From contig OY760937.1 of the NCBI GenBank assembly GCA_963664225.1, positions 1,216,001 to 1,280,000 on the forward strand: a stretch of DNA of 64,000 bases, in the 5' to 3' direction. Under the pieces are notes generated by a model. That model was not told the DNA's origin. It did no database searches and saw only the letters and a program-made list of their open reading frames with translations. Positions 1 to 9,100 of the stretch are shown here, in pieces. This DNA is from Verrucomicrobiia bacterium. GTDB taxonomy: Bacteria > Verrucomicrobiota > Verrucomicrobiia > Limisphaerales > UBA1319. Each line of letters opens with the position of its first letter. Within the stretch, counting starts at the first letter, position 1. The position numbers and the translations under genes were made by a program.

Positions 1-2
1 GC

Positions 3-470
3 GGTCATGCCATGGCTGCCGGCCTGTCGGTTCGGTCTGATCGCGTGGATGAACTTCGCATTCGACTTAACGCATTCGCCCGCGAAAGCATTGCGCCGGA
101 GCTGTTGCGACCCCAATTGGAGATCGATGCCGAGGTGCAATTGTCGGAAATGACCCTGGACCTTATTGAGGAATTGCGCGCGCTCGAGCCGGTGAGCCAC
201 GGGAATCGCGGTGTCAGATTTGTGGTGCGCGGGGTGCGCTGCCAGCGTCCGCCTGTGAAGCTTGGGAAGGAACGCCAGCATTTGAAACTGTGGGTTACAG
301 ACGGCAAAGTGACCCGGGAAACCTTGTGGTGGAATGCTGGTGACGCGCGGATCCCGGACGGGACGTTTGACCTTGCCTTTGTGCCGGAAATAAACGAATT
401 CAACCGTCGGCGCACGGTAAATCTCAAATTGTTGGATTGGCAGCCGACTGGAGTTGCGCTCAACACATAA
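3..470 (+). CDS. recJ: ssDNA-specific exonuclease RecJ, C-terminal part (5'-truncated by window edge)
   Basis: GHAMAAG DHHA1 motif at the window start, followed by 'LEIDAE...LEPVSHGN' and 'HLKL' of the RecJ OB region. Confidence 0.85.
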   Translation, partial: GHAMAAGLSVRSDRVDELRIRLNAFARESIAPELLRPQLEIDAEVQLSEMTLDLIEELRALEPVSHGNRGVRFVVRGVRCQRPPVKLGKERQHLKLWVTDGKVTRETLWWNAGDARIPDGTFDLAFVPEINEFNRRRTVNLKLLDWQPTGVALNT

Positions 471-481
471 TATTTTTTCGC

Positions 482-1162
482 ATGGTATCTGCAATCATTG
501 TCGCGGCAGGCAGGGGCACACGCATGGGACCGCTTGTCGATAAACTGTTTTTGGAGGTCGGCGGCAGGCCCATCGTCGCACACACCTGGCAGCGGTTTGA
601 GGATGCCGATTGCATCGATGAGATTGTTCTCGTGGTGCGGGCTGGAATGGAGACCGATTTTGAAATCCTCGCCAAAAAGTATGGTTTCAAAAAGCCATAC
701 CGCATGATCGAAGGTGGCAGGGAGCGTCAGGATTCCGTTTGGAACGGTATAAATGCCGTTTCCAGCGAATGCAAGGTGGTGGCCATTCAGGATGGCGCGC
801 GACCTTGCACGACCCCCGGGCACATTGCCGAGGTGGTGCGCGCTGCACGAGAAACAGGGGCCGCCGTGGCGGCGCAGCGTGTGACAGATACCGTCAAAGA
901 GTCCGGGGATGGCGTGAACATTTTGCGCACGGTGGATCGGTCCAGGCTCTGGTCGGTGCAGACGCCGCAGGCTTTTCGTTTGGAGGTGATACGCCGGGCG
1001 CTTTCGGCCGTGCGGGATCAGGGAATGGCCGTTACGGATGATACGGCAGCCTGTGAGACGATTGGTCAGGCAGTCCGGCTGGTGGAGGGCAAGGCTCCAA
1101 ATCCAAAAGCCACATCTCCGGCGGATCTTCCTTTCCTCGAGGTTGTTCTGCGTGCGTTTTAA
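482..1162 (+). CDS. ispD: 2-C-methyl-D-erythritol 4-phosphate cytidylyltransferase
   Basis: AAGRGTRMG, GGRERQDSV, QDGARP and QTPQAF motifs; ATG at 482 preferred. Confidence 0.92.
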   Translation: MVSAIIVAAGRGTRMGPLVDKLFLEVGGRPIVAHTWQRFEDADCIDEIVLVVRAGMETDFEILAKKYGFKKPYRMIEGGRERQDSVWNGINAVSSECKVVAIQDGARPCTTPGHIAEVVRAARETGAAVAAQRVTDTVKESGDGVNILRTVDRSRLWSVQTPQAFRLEVIRRALSAVRDQGMAVTDDTAACETIGQAVRLVEGKAPNPKATSPADLPFLEVVLRAF

Positions 1163-1333
1163 TCGGATGCGTTGTTGTTGTGCGCGAATGCAGGCGATCG
1201 GTTGATTGGGCGCACCTAACGTGCAGCCTTAATTCCCTTTAAAAAGACGTGTAATTAATGGAAATTCGTTTTAGCGTCGCCAATGCACTGCAAAAGGATT
1301 GCATTTGAGAACTGACCGATTCACTTTCAAGAT

Positions 1334-1708
1334 ATGACTAGCCCTCTGGCATTGATGGTATATGAGAACCTGCTTCCCGGCAGCCAATTGGCCGACCGGA
1401 TGAAGGAGCAGGGGTATCGTGTCATTGTGCGCGCCGGGAGCGAGGGATTGGTGGAGCAGGCGGTCCAGGAGATGCCGCTGGTCGTCATTATGGATCTCGC
1501 GAGCAAGCAGGGGGATTTGTGTCCGGCCATACGGGAATTAAAATCCAATCCGGCCACAAACCATATTCCGGTGCTGGCTTTTTCAAACAATCAAAACATC
1601 TCCCTGCAAACCGCTGCGAGTGAGGCGGGCGCGGCCATGGTCGCAAGCGATCAGGCGATTCTGGCTCAATTGCCGGCCCTGTTGGAGCAATTGTTGCGGG
1701 TCGAGTAG
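1334..1708 (+). CDS. Single-domain CheY-like receiver protein (atypical)
   Basis: 'LVVIMDL' and 'NPATNHIPVLAFS' receiver fold; acidic pocket degenerate. Confidence 0.65.
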   Translation: MTSPLALMVYENLLPGSQLADRMKEQGYRVIVRAGSEGLVEQAVQEMPLVVIMDLASKQGDLCPAIRELKSNPATNHIPVLAFSNNQNISLQTAASEAGAAMVASDQAILAQLPALLEQLLRVE

Positions 1709-1728
1709 AGCGGAATCAATCCGCAATC

Positions 1729-2604
1729 TCAATGAGCGGTGTTCACGGTTTGCCGACGGTATGCCCGGGGTGATACACCCGCAATCTTTCGAAATTGGCG
1801 TGTGAAGTAATTGCTATCGCTAAAACCCACCTTGAAGGCGATTTCGGTCACACTATCGCTGGTGCCGCGTAACAAGTTGATGGCACGGTTGATGCGCAGT
1901 TGAATGAGGTAAGCGATGGGGGTGTAATCCGTGGCTGCCCGGAAGGTCCGCAGGAAGCTGCGTTTGGACATCCCGGATTTTTTGGCCAGATCGTCCAGAT
2001 TGATCGGCTTTTCATAATTTGTTTCCAGGTGGGTGATCGTTTCCGCGATCCGCAGTAGTGCGCGCGAATCGGGATTGCGACTCTGGCTGTAGCAGCGGGA
2101 CAGAAATCCGATGATCTGCATGAACAGTGCCGTGGCCATGAAGCCAAAACCGGAGGTTCGATGCTTTAATTCCAGGTCGAGTTGATCCATCAGCCCTGTG
2201 ACAATTCCCAATTCCTGCGGGGAGAGGTGCAGACGACTCTTGAATTGATGACGCTTTCTCCAGGCTGGTTCGAGGGTGAACAAGGCGTGGTATCCCGCCA
2301 GGCTTGGGAGGTCGGCAAGTTCCATCCTGAGTTTTTTTGGCTGGAACAGGATATTGATGAGGCAGAGGTTCTGCATCTCGTCATAGTGATGCGGGCGGTT
2401 GCCGCTGATCACGAAAACATCGCCTGCCGCCAGAGGCCAGGATTCGGCGCCGGTCACATGCAATCCCTTGCCGCCGGTCACCAGAACCAATTCGGAAAAT
2501 TCATGGGCATGAGGGCCGAAGGGTTCCTGCGGTTGACGTCGCTCAACCGTGATGGGAAAGCCATCAGCGTGAAACCACTCGCTGGTTTTTAGAATGCGGT
2601 GCAT
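1729..2604 (-). CDS. AraC-family rhamnose regulator (RhaR/RhaS-like)
   Basis: N-terminal cupin (HAHEFSEL) and C-terminal double HTH (IAFKVGFSDSNYFTRQF); divergent from rhaA; ATG at 2604 preferred. Confidence 0.85.
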   Translation of the reverse strand: MHRILKTSEWFHADGFPITVERRQPQEPFGPHAHEFSELVLVTGGKGLHVTGAESWPLAAGDVFVISGNRPHHYDEMQNLCLINILFQPKKLRMELADLPSLAGYHALFTLEPAWRKRHQFKSRLHLSPQELGIVTGLMDQLDLELKHRTSGFGFMATALFMQIIGFLSRCYSQSRNPDSRALLRIAETITHLETNYEKPINLDDLAKKSGMSKRSFLRTFRAATDYTPIAYLIQLRINRAINLLRGTSDSVTEIAFKVGFSDSNYFTRQFRKIAGVSPRAYRRQTVNTAH

Positions 2605-2656
2605 AAATGGAGGGCGGGGCCCAGTCCGGACTTGTAACGGACCCGTTGCGCCATTG

Positions 2657-2695
2657 ATGGCCAAATAATCCTGATTTATGGCACGATTGTCAAGG
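2657..2695. promoter_or_regulatory. Putative AraC-type operator (imperfect direct repeat)
   Basis: ATGGCCAAATAATC at 2657 and ATGGCACGATTGTC at 2678, 21-bp spacing, between the regulator and rhaA. Confidence 0.35.
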
Positions 2696-2765
2696 ACGTC
2701 CCCGGTACGATTCCCTAGATTAGCCACTCAGCAAACGAAACCCATCAACAACGAAATAACAATTT

Positions 2766-4034
2766 ATGTCGAACCCGAAGAATATTGAGCAGGCTTACGA
2801 CTTGGCAAAGGAACGGTATGCGGAACTGGGGGTTAATACCGAGAAGGCCTTGAAACAGATCGCGGCAGTGGCCATTTCCTTGCATTGCTGGCAGGGGGAC
2901 GATGTGGGTGGGTTTGAGAACGCGGGCAGCGAGCTGGGTGGCGGTCTGGCGGTTACTGGGAATTATCCCGGCAAGGCGCGGACACCCGAGGAATTGAGGG
3001 CGGACGCGGGCAAGGCCCTGTCGCTCATTCCAGGCAAACACCGTTTCAATCTTCATGCGTGCTATGCGGAAACCGGCGGCAAAAAGGTGGATCGCGATGC
3101 CATGGGGCCTGAACATTTCAAGAACTGGATCGCCTGGGCCAAAGCCGAGAAGTTGGGTCTGGACTTCAATCAAACCTACTTCGCCCATCCCAAGGCCGCA
3201 GATGGTTTGACACTGGCGCATCCGGACAAGGCCATTCGCAAGTTTTGGGTGGACCATGGTATTCGCTGCCGCGAGATTGGTGCCGCCTTTGGCAAAGCCC
3301 TTGGAAAAAGCTGCCTCACGAACCTTTGGATTCCTGATGGCATGAAGGACACCCCGGCTGACCGGTTTGCTCCTCGCCAGCGCTTGCTGGAGTCTTTGGA
3401 CGCGATCTTCGAGAAAAAAATCGATCCCAAGCTCAATGTGGATTCGATTGAGGGCAAGCTTTTCGGCATCGGTTCCGAGTCCTATGTTGTGGGCTCGCAC
3501 GAGTTTTATCTGGGATATGCGGTGAGCCGCAAGAAACTCGTGACGTTGGATACCGGCCATTACCATCCCACGGAATCCGTTGCGGACAAAATCACCTCCG
3601 TCTTCATGTATCTGGATGAAATTTCCCTGCATGTGAGCCGCGGCGTGCGCTGGGATAGCGACCATGTGGTGACGTTGACGGACGAGTTGCAGGCTCTGGC
3701 GCAGGAGTTGGTCTGGGGTGGTTATTTGGGTCGGACGCGCATCGGTTTGGATTACTTCGACGCGAGCATCAATCGTGTGGCGGCCTGGGTCATTGGCACC
3801 CGCAACATGCTCAAGGCCCTGTTGATGGCGATGGTGGCCCCTGCGGATAAAATCCGGAAAGCCGAAATTGCCGGTGATTTCACCTCGCGTCTGGCGCTCC
3901 AGGAGGAAAGCAGAACCCTCCCGTTTGCGGCAGTCTGGGATTATTACTGCATGAAGACCGGCGTGCCCGTCGGCGAGGCGTGGCTGTCGGAAGTCAAGCA
4001 GTATGAAAAGGACGTGCTGTCCAAGCGCCAATAA
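2766..4034 (+). CDS. rhaA: L-rhamnose isomerase
   Basis: [36 protein letters not shown] and RWDSDH motifs. Confidence 0.96.
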   Translation: MSNPKNIEQAYDLAKERYAELGVNTEKALKQIAAVAISLHCWQGDDVGGFENAGSELGGGLAVTGNYPGKARTPEELRADAGKALSLIPGKHRFNLHACYAETGGKKVDRDAMGPEHFKNWIAWAKAEKLGLDFNQTYFAHPKAADGLTLAHPDKAIRKFWVDHGIRCREIGAAFGKALGKSCLTNLWIPDGMKDTPADRFAPRQRLLESLDAIFEKKIDPKLNVDSIEGKLFGIGSESYVVGSHEFYLGYAVSRKKLVTLDTGHYHPTESVADKITSVFMYLDEISLHVSRGVRWDSDHVVTLTDELQALAQELVWGGYLGRTRIGLDYFDASINRVAAWVIGTRNMLKALLMAMVAPADKIRKAEIAGDFTSRLALQEESRTLPFAAVWDYYCMKTGVPVGEAWLSEVKQYEKDVLSKRQ

Positions 4035-4076
4035 GGCGCGAAATCCTGCTGCGAACAACTTTAAAAAGGAGCATCC

Positions 4077-5228
4077 ATGAATCCCGTTGCGGAGGCATCG
4101 GCAAATCCGGCCCTGGGCGTAATGATTTTCGCCTTGGGCGGTCTGGCAGGCGCGGTTTTTTACCTGCCCTTTAAAAAGGTCAAGGCATGGGCCTGGGAAA
4201 GCTACTGGCTTGTCTATGCCGTGTTCGGTCTGGTGATTGTGCCCTGGGTCCTTGCCTTGAGCACGTCGCCCAATCTGATGGCGGTGCTCAAGGGCGCCCC
4301 TTCAAAGGATCTGGCCTATTGCTACCTGTGCGGTGCGATGTGGGGGGTTGGAGGATTGACCTGGGGCCTGATGATTCGCTACCTCGGCGTGGGCCTGGGC
4401 CTGGCCATTGGATGCGGCTTATGCTCGGCCGCTGGCACCCTGGTTCCTAAGATGCTCAAGGGCGAGTTCGGCCAGCTTTTTGAAACCAACGCGGGGATTG
4501 CATCCCTGGTCGGCGTGGCCATCTCCCTGGTGGGTATTGTTGGGGTCGGCATGGCCGGCATGTCCAAGGAGAAGGAATTGTCCGAGGAGGAAAAGAAAAA
4601 GGCCGTGGCGGAATTCGATTTCAAAAAGGGAATTCTGGTCGCGGTTTTCTCCGGCCTGATGAGCTCTGGAATGGGCTTTGGATTGCAGGGCGGGGGAAGC
4701 CTCGAGGTTCTGGCGCAAACAACCGCGCCCGTGACCTCGGCCACTTGGAAGGGCATGCCGGTGCTGGTGGTGGTTTTGCTGGGTGGTTTTACCATCAACT
4801 TCCTGTGGTGCCTTTTCTTGAATTTCAAAAACAAGACCGCAGGGGATTACTTAAAAGCGGGCGCGCCATTGGCGGGCAACATTGTTTTTGCCGGATTGGC
4901 AGGTGCCATCTGGTGCGCACAGTTTATTTGCTTCAAAACCGGCGAACCTGCCATGGGCTCGATGGCCTATGTGGGTTGGGCGGTGTTAATGGCTACTGCA
5001 ATCCTGTTCAGTACCTTGCTGGGGATCTTCCTGGGCGAGTGGAAGGGAACGAGCAATCGCACCAAGTCCTTGCTGGCAGGCGGGCTTGCCATGCTGGTGG
5101 TATCTTCGGTGGTGGCTGGCTATAGCAGCTATCTGGGACAGGATAAAACCGGATTGGATAAGGCAGCGAAATCCCTGGAACAGGTGGTTCCGGCGGTTCA
5201 AAATGCCGTTCCAGCCCCTGCAAAATAA
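4077..5228 (+). CDS. rhaT: L-rhamnose/proton symporter
   Basis: Multi-TM protein; FYLPFKKVKAWAWESYW and GAMWGVGGLTWGL motifs; follows rhaA. Confidence 0.88.
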   Translation: MNPVAEASANPALGVMIFALGGLAGAVFYLPFKKVKAWAWESYWLVYAVFGLVIVPWVLALSTSPNLMAVLKGAPSKDLAYCYLCGAMWGVGGLTWGLMIRYLGVGLGLAIGCGLCSAAGTLVPKMLKGEFGQLFETNAGIASLVGVAISLVGIVGVGMAGMSKEKELSEEEKKKAVAEFDFKKGILVAVFSGLMSSGMGFGLQGGGSLEVLAQTTAPVTSATWKGMPVLVVVLLGGFTINFLWCLFLNFKNKTAGDYLKAGAPLAGNIVFAGLAGAIWCAQFICFKTGEPAMGSMAYVGWAVLMATAILFSTLLGIFLGEWKGTSNRTKSLLAGGLAMLVVSSVVAGYSSYLGQDKTGLDKAAKSLEQVVPAVQNAVPAPAK

Positions 5229-5240
5229 ACAACATTGTTT

Positions 5241-5271
5241 CAATCGCGCCCCTGTAAAAGGGGCGTTATTG
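5241..5271 (+). terminator. Hairpin, possible intrinsic terminator
   Basis: CGCCCCT-GTAAA-AGGGGCG stem just after rhaT. Confidence 0.45.
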
Positions 5272-5341
5272 TTCCATGTTATGAAGAATTTAGTTCAATA
5301 TTCAGTGCCCTCGGCATGCCAAAAGCAATCCGATTGATCCT

Positions 5342-6058
5342 ATGACAGTTTCGTTATTCATCCCTTGTTTCATCGATATGTGCTTTCCCAAGGTCGGGAT
5401 CAGCATGGTAAAGATTCTCGAAAAACTCGGGCATAAAGTGGCCTGTCCGGAAGCCCCTGCGTGCTGCGGTCAGCCAGCCTTTAACACTGGGTATTGGGAT
5501 GAAAGTCGCGACACGGCCATCAAGGTCATTGAGCAATACAAGGATGCCGAAGTGGTGGTCATCGCTTCGGGGTCCTGTGGGGCGATGATGAAAGTGTTTT
5601 ACCCTGAATTATTTGCTCAGACCAAATACGCCGAAGACGCGAAGGCCATGGCCGCCAAGTGTTTTGAATTCTCCAGTTTTTTGGTCAATCGCCTTGGAGT
5701 CAGCGATCTGGGAGCGAGTTTTCCCGCCAAGGTCACATTCCACGATGGCTGCCATGGTTTGCGGGAATTGAAGTGCAAGAAGCCGCCGCGTGTGTTGATG
5801 GAAAAAGTCAAAGGCCTGGAGTTGGTTGAAATGGACGCCGCCGAAGTATGTTGCGGATTTGGAGGGACGTTCTCGGCCAAGTTTCCGATGATTTCCACCG
5901 CCATGGGCGAGGTCAAGTGCGACTCGGCCAAGGCCACTCAGGCCGAGTATATCGTTTCCAACGATTCAAGCTGCCTGATGCATATCCAGGGGCTTCTGGA
6001 CCGGCGGGGCAGCAAGCTTAAAACCATTCACCTGGCGGAAATCCTGGCGCAATCATGA
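5342..6058 (+). CDS. lutA: L-lactate utilization Fe-S protein A (CCG domains)
   Basis: CCGQP, HDGCH and CCGFGGTF motifs. Confidence 0.88.
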   Translation: MTVSLFIPCFIDMCFPKVGISMVKILEKLGHKVACPEAPACCGQPAFNTGYWDESRDTAIKVIEQYKDAEVVVIASGSCGAMMKVFYPELFAQTKYAEDAKAMAAKCFEFSSFLVNRLGVSDLGASFPAKVTFHDGCHGLRELKCKKPPRVLMEKVKGLELVEMDAAEVCCGFGGTFSAKFPMISTAMGEVKCDSAKATQAEYIVSNDSSCLMHIQGLLDRRGSKLKTIHLAEILAQS

Positions 6059-7449
6059 ATGCCATCGCTCATCAATTTAAAGATCAGGCCACCAGGTTGA
6101 CCAGTGACCTGCGCCATCGGGAGTTAATCCAGACCGCGCTGGGCAAATACGCCATCGTTAGGGACAAGAAGATCGCCCTGTTCAAGGATTGGCAGGGCGC
6201 CCGTCAAAAAGCCTCGGAAGTTAAATGGAATGCGGTCAACCACCTGGACGAATATCTGGTGGAGTTCACCAAAAAATTGGAGGCCCGCGGTACCGTGGTT
6301 CACTGGGCCAGCACCGCCGGTCAGGCGCGGGAGATCATTACTGGGATTGTCAAAGCGAAGAACGCCCGGTCAGTCATCAAGTCCAAGTCCATGACCAGCG
6401 AGGAAATTCACCTCAACGACGCCCTGGAAAAAGAAGGCGTGGAAGTGGTGGAATCCGATTTGGGCGAATTCATCGTCCAATTGCGCCACGAGGCTCCTTA
6501 TCACATCGTCTTTCCGGCAATGCACCTGGACCGAAAGGATATCAGTGAATTGTTTACCCGGGAGTTGAAAAGCGCTCCGACCAGCAGTCCGGAAGAATTG
6601 ACGATGATTGCGCGGGGCGTGCTGCGACAAAAATATGTAAAGGCGGATGTCGGGATCACCGGGGCGAACTTCGCGATCGCTGAAACCGGGATGATTTCCA
6701 TCACGGAAAACGAAGGCAACGCCCGTCTGACGGCGGCATTGCCCAAGGTGATGATCACTCTTATAGGCTTGGAAAAAGTGTTGCCGAAGCTGGAGGATCT
6801 GGCTTTGTTCCTGCCCATGCTTGCAACGGTGGGCGCGGGTCAGACAATCAGCGGTTACAACACCATGTATGGAGGCCCCCGTCAGAAAGGGGAGGCCGAT
6901 GGTCCTGAGGAATTTCATGTGGTGCTCCTGGATAATCAGCGCGTCGCGTTGCTGGCGGATGCCGAGCAGCGGGACATTCTGCATTGCATACGGTGCGGAG
7001 CCTGCCTGAACGTTTGTCCCATCTACCGGAATGTGGGAGGTCACACCTATGGCACGACTTACTGCGGACCAATTGGGGCGGTGCTGACACCCCATTTGCG
7101 CGGATTGAAGGATTGGAAACATTTGTCCTACGCATCGTCCTTGTGCGGGGCGTGCACCGAGGGCTGCCCGGTCAAGATCAACCTGCATCATCATCTGCTT
7201 CAAACCCGGCGCAATAGCGGCTCGCAAAATCCGGTCTGGTGGCAAAAGATCGCGTTTAAATTATTTGCTCCGGTGGCCAATGGCCGCTTCCTCTGGTCGA
7301 TGGCCACACGCCTGGGCCGCGTGGGACAGATATTCCATCCATTGGTGAAAGGAACCCGCCTGGATCCCGCCTATGCATGGACCAAAACCCGCGAGACCCC
7401 AAAAATCGCGCCTCAAAGTTTTAAAGAATGGTGGAGACAGCACAAATGA
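6055..7449 (+). CDS. lutB: L-lactate utilization Fe-S protein B
   Basis: KSKSMTSEE, ESDLGE, ENEGN, CIRCGACLNVCP and LCGACTEGCPV; ATGA overlap with lutA. Confidence 0.9.
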   Translation: MNAIAHQFKDQATRLTSDLRHRELIQTALGKYAIVRDKKIALFKDWQGARQKASEVKWNAVNHLDEYLVEFTKKLEARGTVVHWASTAGQAREIITGIVKAKNARSVIKSKSMTSEEIHLNDALEKEGVEVVESDLGEFIVQLRHEAPYHIVFPAMHLDRKDISELFTRELKSAPTSSPEELTMIARGVLRQKYVKADVGITGANFAIAETGMISITENEGNARLTAALPKVMITLIGLEKVLPKLEDLALFLPMLATVGAGQTISGYNTMYGGPRQKGEADGPEEFHVVLLDNQRVALLADAEQRDILHCIRCGACLNVCPIYRNVGGHTYGTTYCGPIGAVLTPHLRGLKDWKHLSYASSLCGACTEGCPVKINLHHHLLQTRRNSGSQNPVWWQKIAFKLFAPVANGRFLWSMATRLGRVGQIFHPLVKGTRLDPAYAWTKTRETPKIAPQSFKEWWRQHK

Positions 7450-8132
7450 GCGAAAGAGAGAATATACTGGCCCGGATTCGTGAAGCCTTGGTGATACCGG
7501 CGCACAAACCGGTTCGTTCTGTGCTGCAAAACGGAAAGGACGCCGCGCCGGAAACCGGGAATGGTTATGCGGCGTTTCTGCCCATGGCTGCGACGGGCTT
7601 TGATGACCAACAGAAGCAGTTTCAGTTGAATGCCGCGGACTTGAAAGCGGAGTTTCACCTTCTGGAAAATGCAGCCGACGCGGCCGCCGCGCTGGCGAAA
7701 ATAAGCCTCGAAGAAGGTTGGAAGAAAGTCGCCACCCATCATGGTGAGTTGACCCTCCCTGCGTGCAAGGCGCTTGGCTTGCCCACCCTGATTGTTGACG
7801 ATGCTTTCGACAAAAATGAGTTGGAGGCTTCCGACGCGGGGATAACCGAATGTGACGCCCTCGTGGCGCAAACGGGTTCGGTGTTGGTGACCAGCCGCAG
7901 CGCGGGGGGACGCGCGTTATCGGTATTGCCTCCGCATCACGTCGTCCTGGCGCGCCGCGACCAGATGGTGTCCGATCTGCCGGCTGCTTTTGCGCTGTTA
8001 AAAGCCCGGTATGGCGCCGATTTCCCCAGCATGATTTCCTTTATCACCGGTCCGAGCCGGACAGGAGATATCGAGCGCATCCTGGTTTTGGGCGCGCATG
8101 GGCCTAGGAAATTGACGATTCTTTGTTTTTAA
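7446..8132 (+). CDS. lutC: L-lactate utilization protein C (LUD domain)
   Basis: ITGPSRTGDIERILVLGAHGP; ATGA overlap with lutB. Confidence 0.88.
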   Translation: MSERENILARIREALVIPAHKPVRSVLQNGKDAAPETGNGYAAFLPMAATGFDDQQKQFQLNAADLKAEFHLLENAADAAAALAKISLEEGWKKVATHHGELTLPACKALGLPTLIVDDAFDKNELEASDAGITECDALVAQTGSVLVTSRSAGGRALSVLPPHHVVLARRDQMVSDLPAAFALLKARYGADFPSMISFITGPSRTGDIERILVLGAHGPRKLTILCF

Positions 8133-8242
8133 CCGGCTTCCACGTCTTTCGGACTGGGCCAAATCCACAAATCCAATCTGCAGGCAGTGACCGAGCTAAG
8201 ATTAGCGTTGCACGCAGCAACGGGTCCGGGCAAGAAAAGGCC

Positions 8243-8599
8243 ATGATCTATGTGTGGGCGGCGTTGATTGGGCTTTTAAGTGGCGTAGCCAGCGGTTTGT
8301 TCGGCGTGGGCGGAGGCATCATCATGGTGCCTGCCATGATGTTCTTCATGGGATTGCCCATTCATGTGGCCGTTGGAACCTCTCTTGCGGTGATTATTCC
8401 CACAGCCTTGATGGGGACCTACAAACACAACCTTCAGCATAACATCGATTGGTTTGTCGCCTTGAGCCTGGCGCCGACCGCGATTTTGGGTGGTTTCCTG
8501 GGCGCGCATTTGACGACGTTGATTTCAGCAAACAGCCTGAAACGGGCCTTCGGTGGGGTGCTTTTGGCGGTGGGTGTCAAATTATTGTTTTTCAAGTAA
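8243..8599 (+). CDS. TSUP (TauE/SafE) family membrane protein, half-size
   Basis: GLFGVGGGIIMVP and AVGTSLA motifs; hydrophobic. Confidence 0.8.
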   Translation: MIYVWAALIGLLSGVASGLFGVGGGIIMVPAMMFFMGLPIHVAVGTSLAVIIPTALMGTYKHNLQHNIDWFVALSLAPTAILGGFLGAHLTTLISANSLKRAFGGVLLAVGVKLLFFK

Positions 8600-8702
8600 G
8601 CGGTCCGTGCCCGCTGTGTTACCTTTGAAAAAAGTTGAATTGGGGCTTGATCTTTGCCCGAACCGGCTCCATAAGTTTTTAAAACTTAATACGCGAGAAA
8701 TT

Positions 8703-8936
8703 ATGGCTGATAAAGCGAACAAATATCCAAACAATGTGAGCGGAAAGTACTACGTGGACAATCAATGCATTGACTGCGATCTTTGCCGCGAGACCGCTCC
8801 TCAGAATTTTACACGCAACAACGACGGGGGTTACTCATTTGTTTCCAAGCAACCCTCAACCCCTGAGGAAGAGGCGCAATGCAAGGAAGCCAAGGAAGGC
8901 TGCCCCGTTGAAGCAATCGGCAACGATGGTCAATAG
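8703..8936 (+). CDS. Ferredoxin
   Basis: CIDCDLC...CPVEAIG. Confidence 0.88.
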   Translation: MADKANKYPNNVSGKYYVDNQCIDCDLCRETAPQNFTRNNDGGYSFVSKQPSTPEEEAQCKEAKEGCPVEAIGNDGQ

Positions 8937-8988
8937 TAGCCGTAGCCTTTGTAGCGCTTGAAGCGCTTATTATCGTTCCTTTTGGAAT

Positions 8989-9020
8989 AAACCGCGGGCT
9001 TGTTTAAACCTGCGGTTTTT
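8989..9020 (+). terminator. Intrinsic terminator between convergent genes
   Basis: AAACCGCGGG...CCTGCGGTTTTT stem plus T-run. Confidence 0.6.
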
Positions 9021-9100
9021 CTGTACAGATCGCCAACAGCGGCCGATTGCTCTATGCCCTGATCGGCGTGGCTGATGTTATCGTTAAATAACCTGCTCGG

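Noticed and set aside
2745..4058. Long antisense ORF opposite rhaA (similar shadows occur over lutB, gltB, tnpC and the helicase)
   Set aside because: Typical antisense shadows of high-GC coding sequence with no motifs
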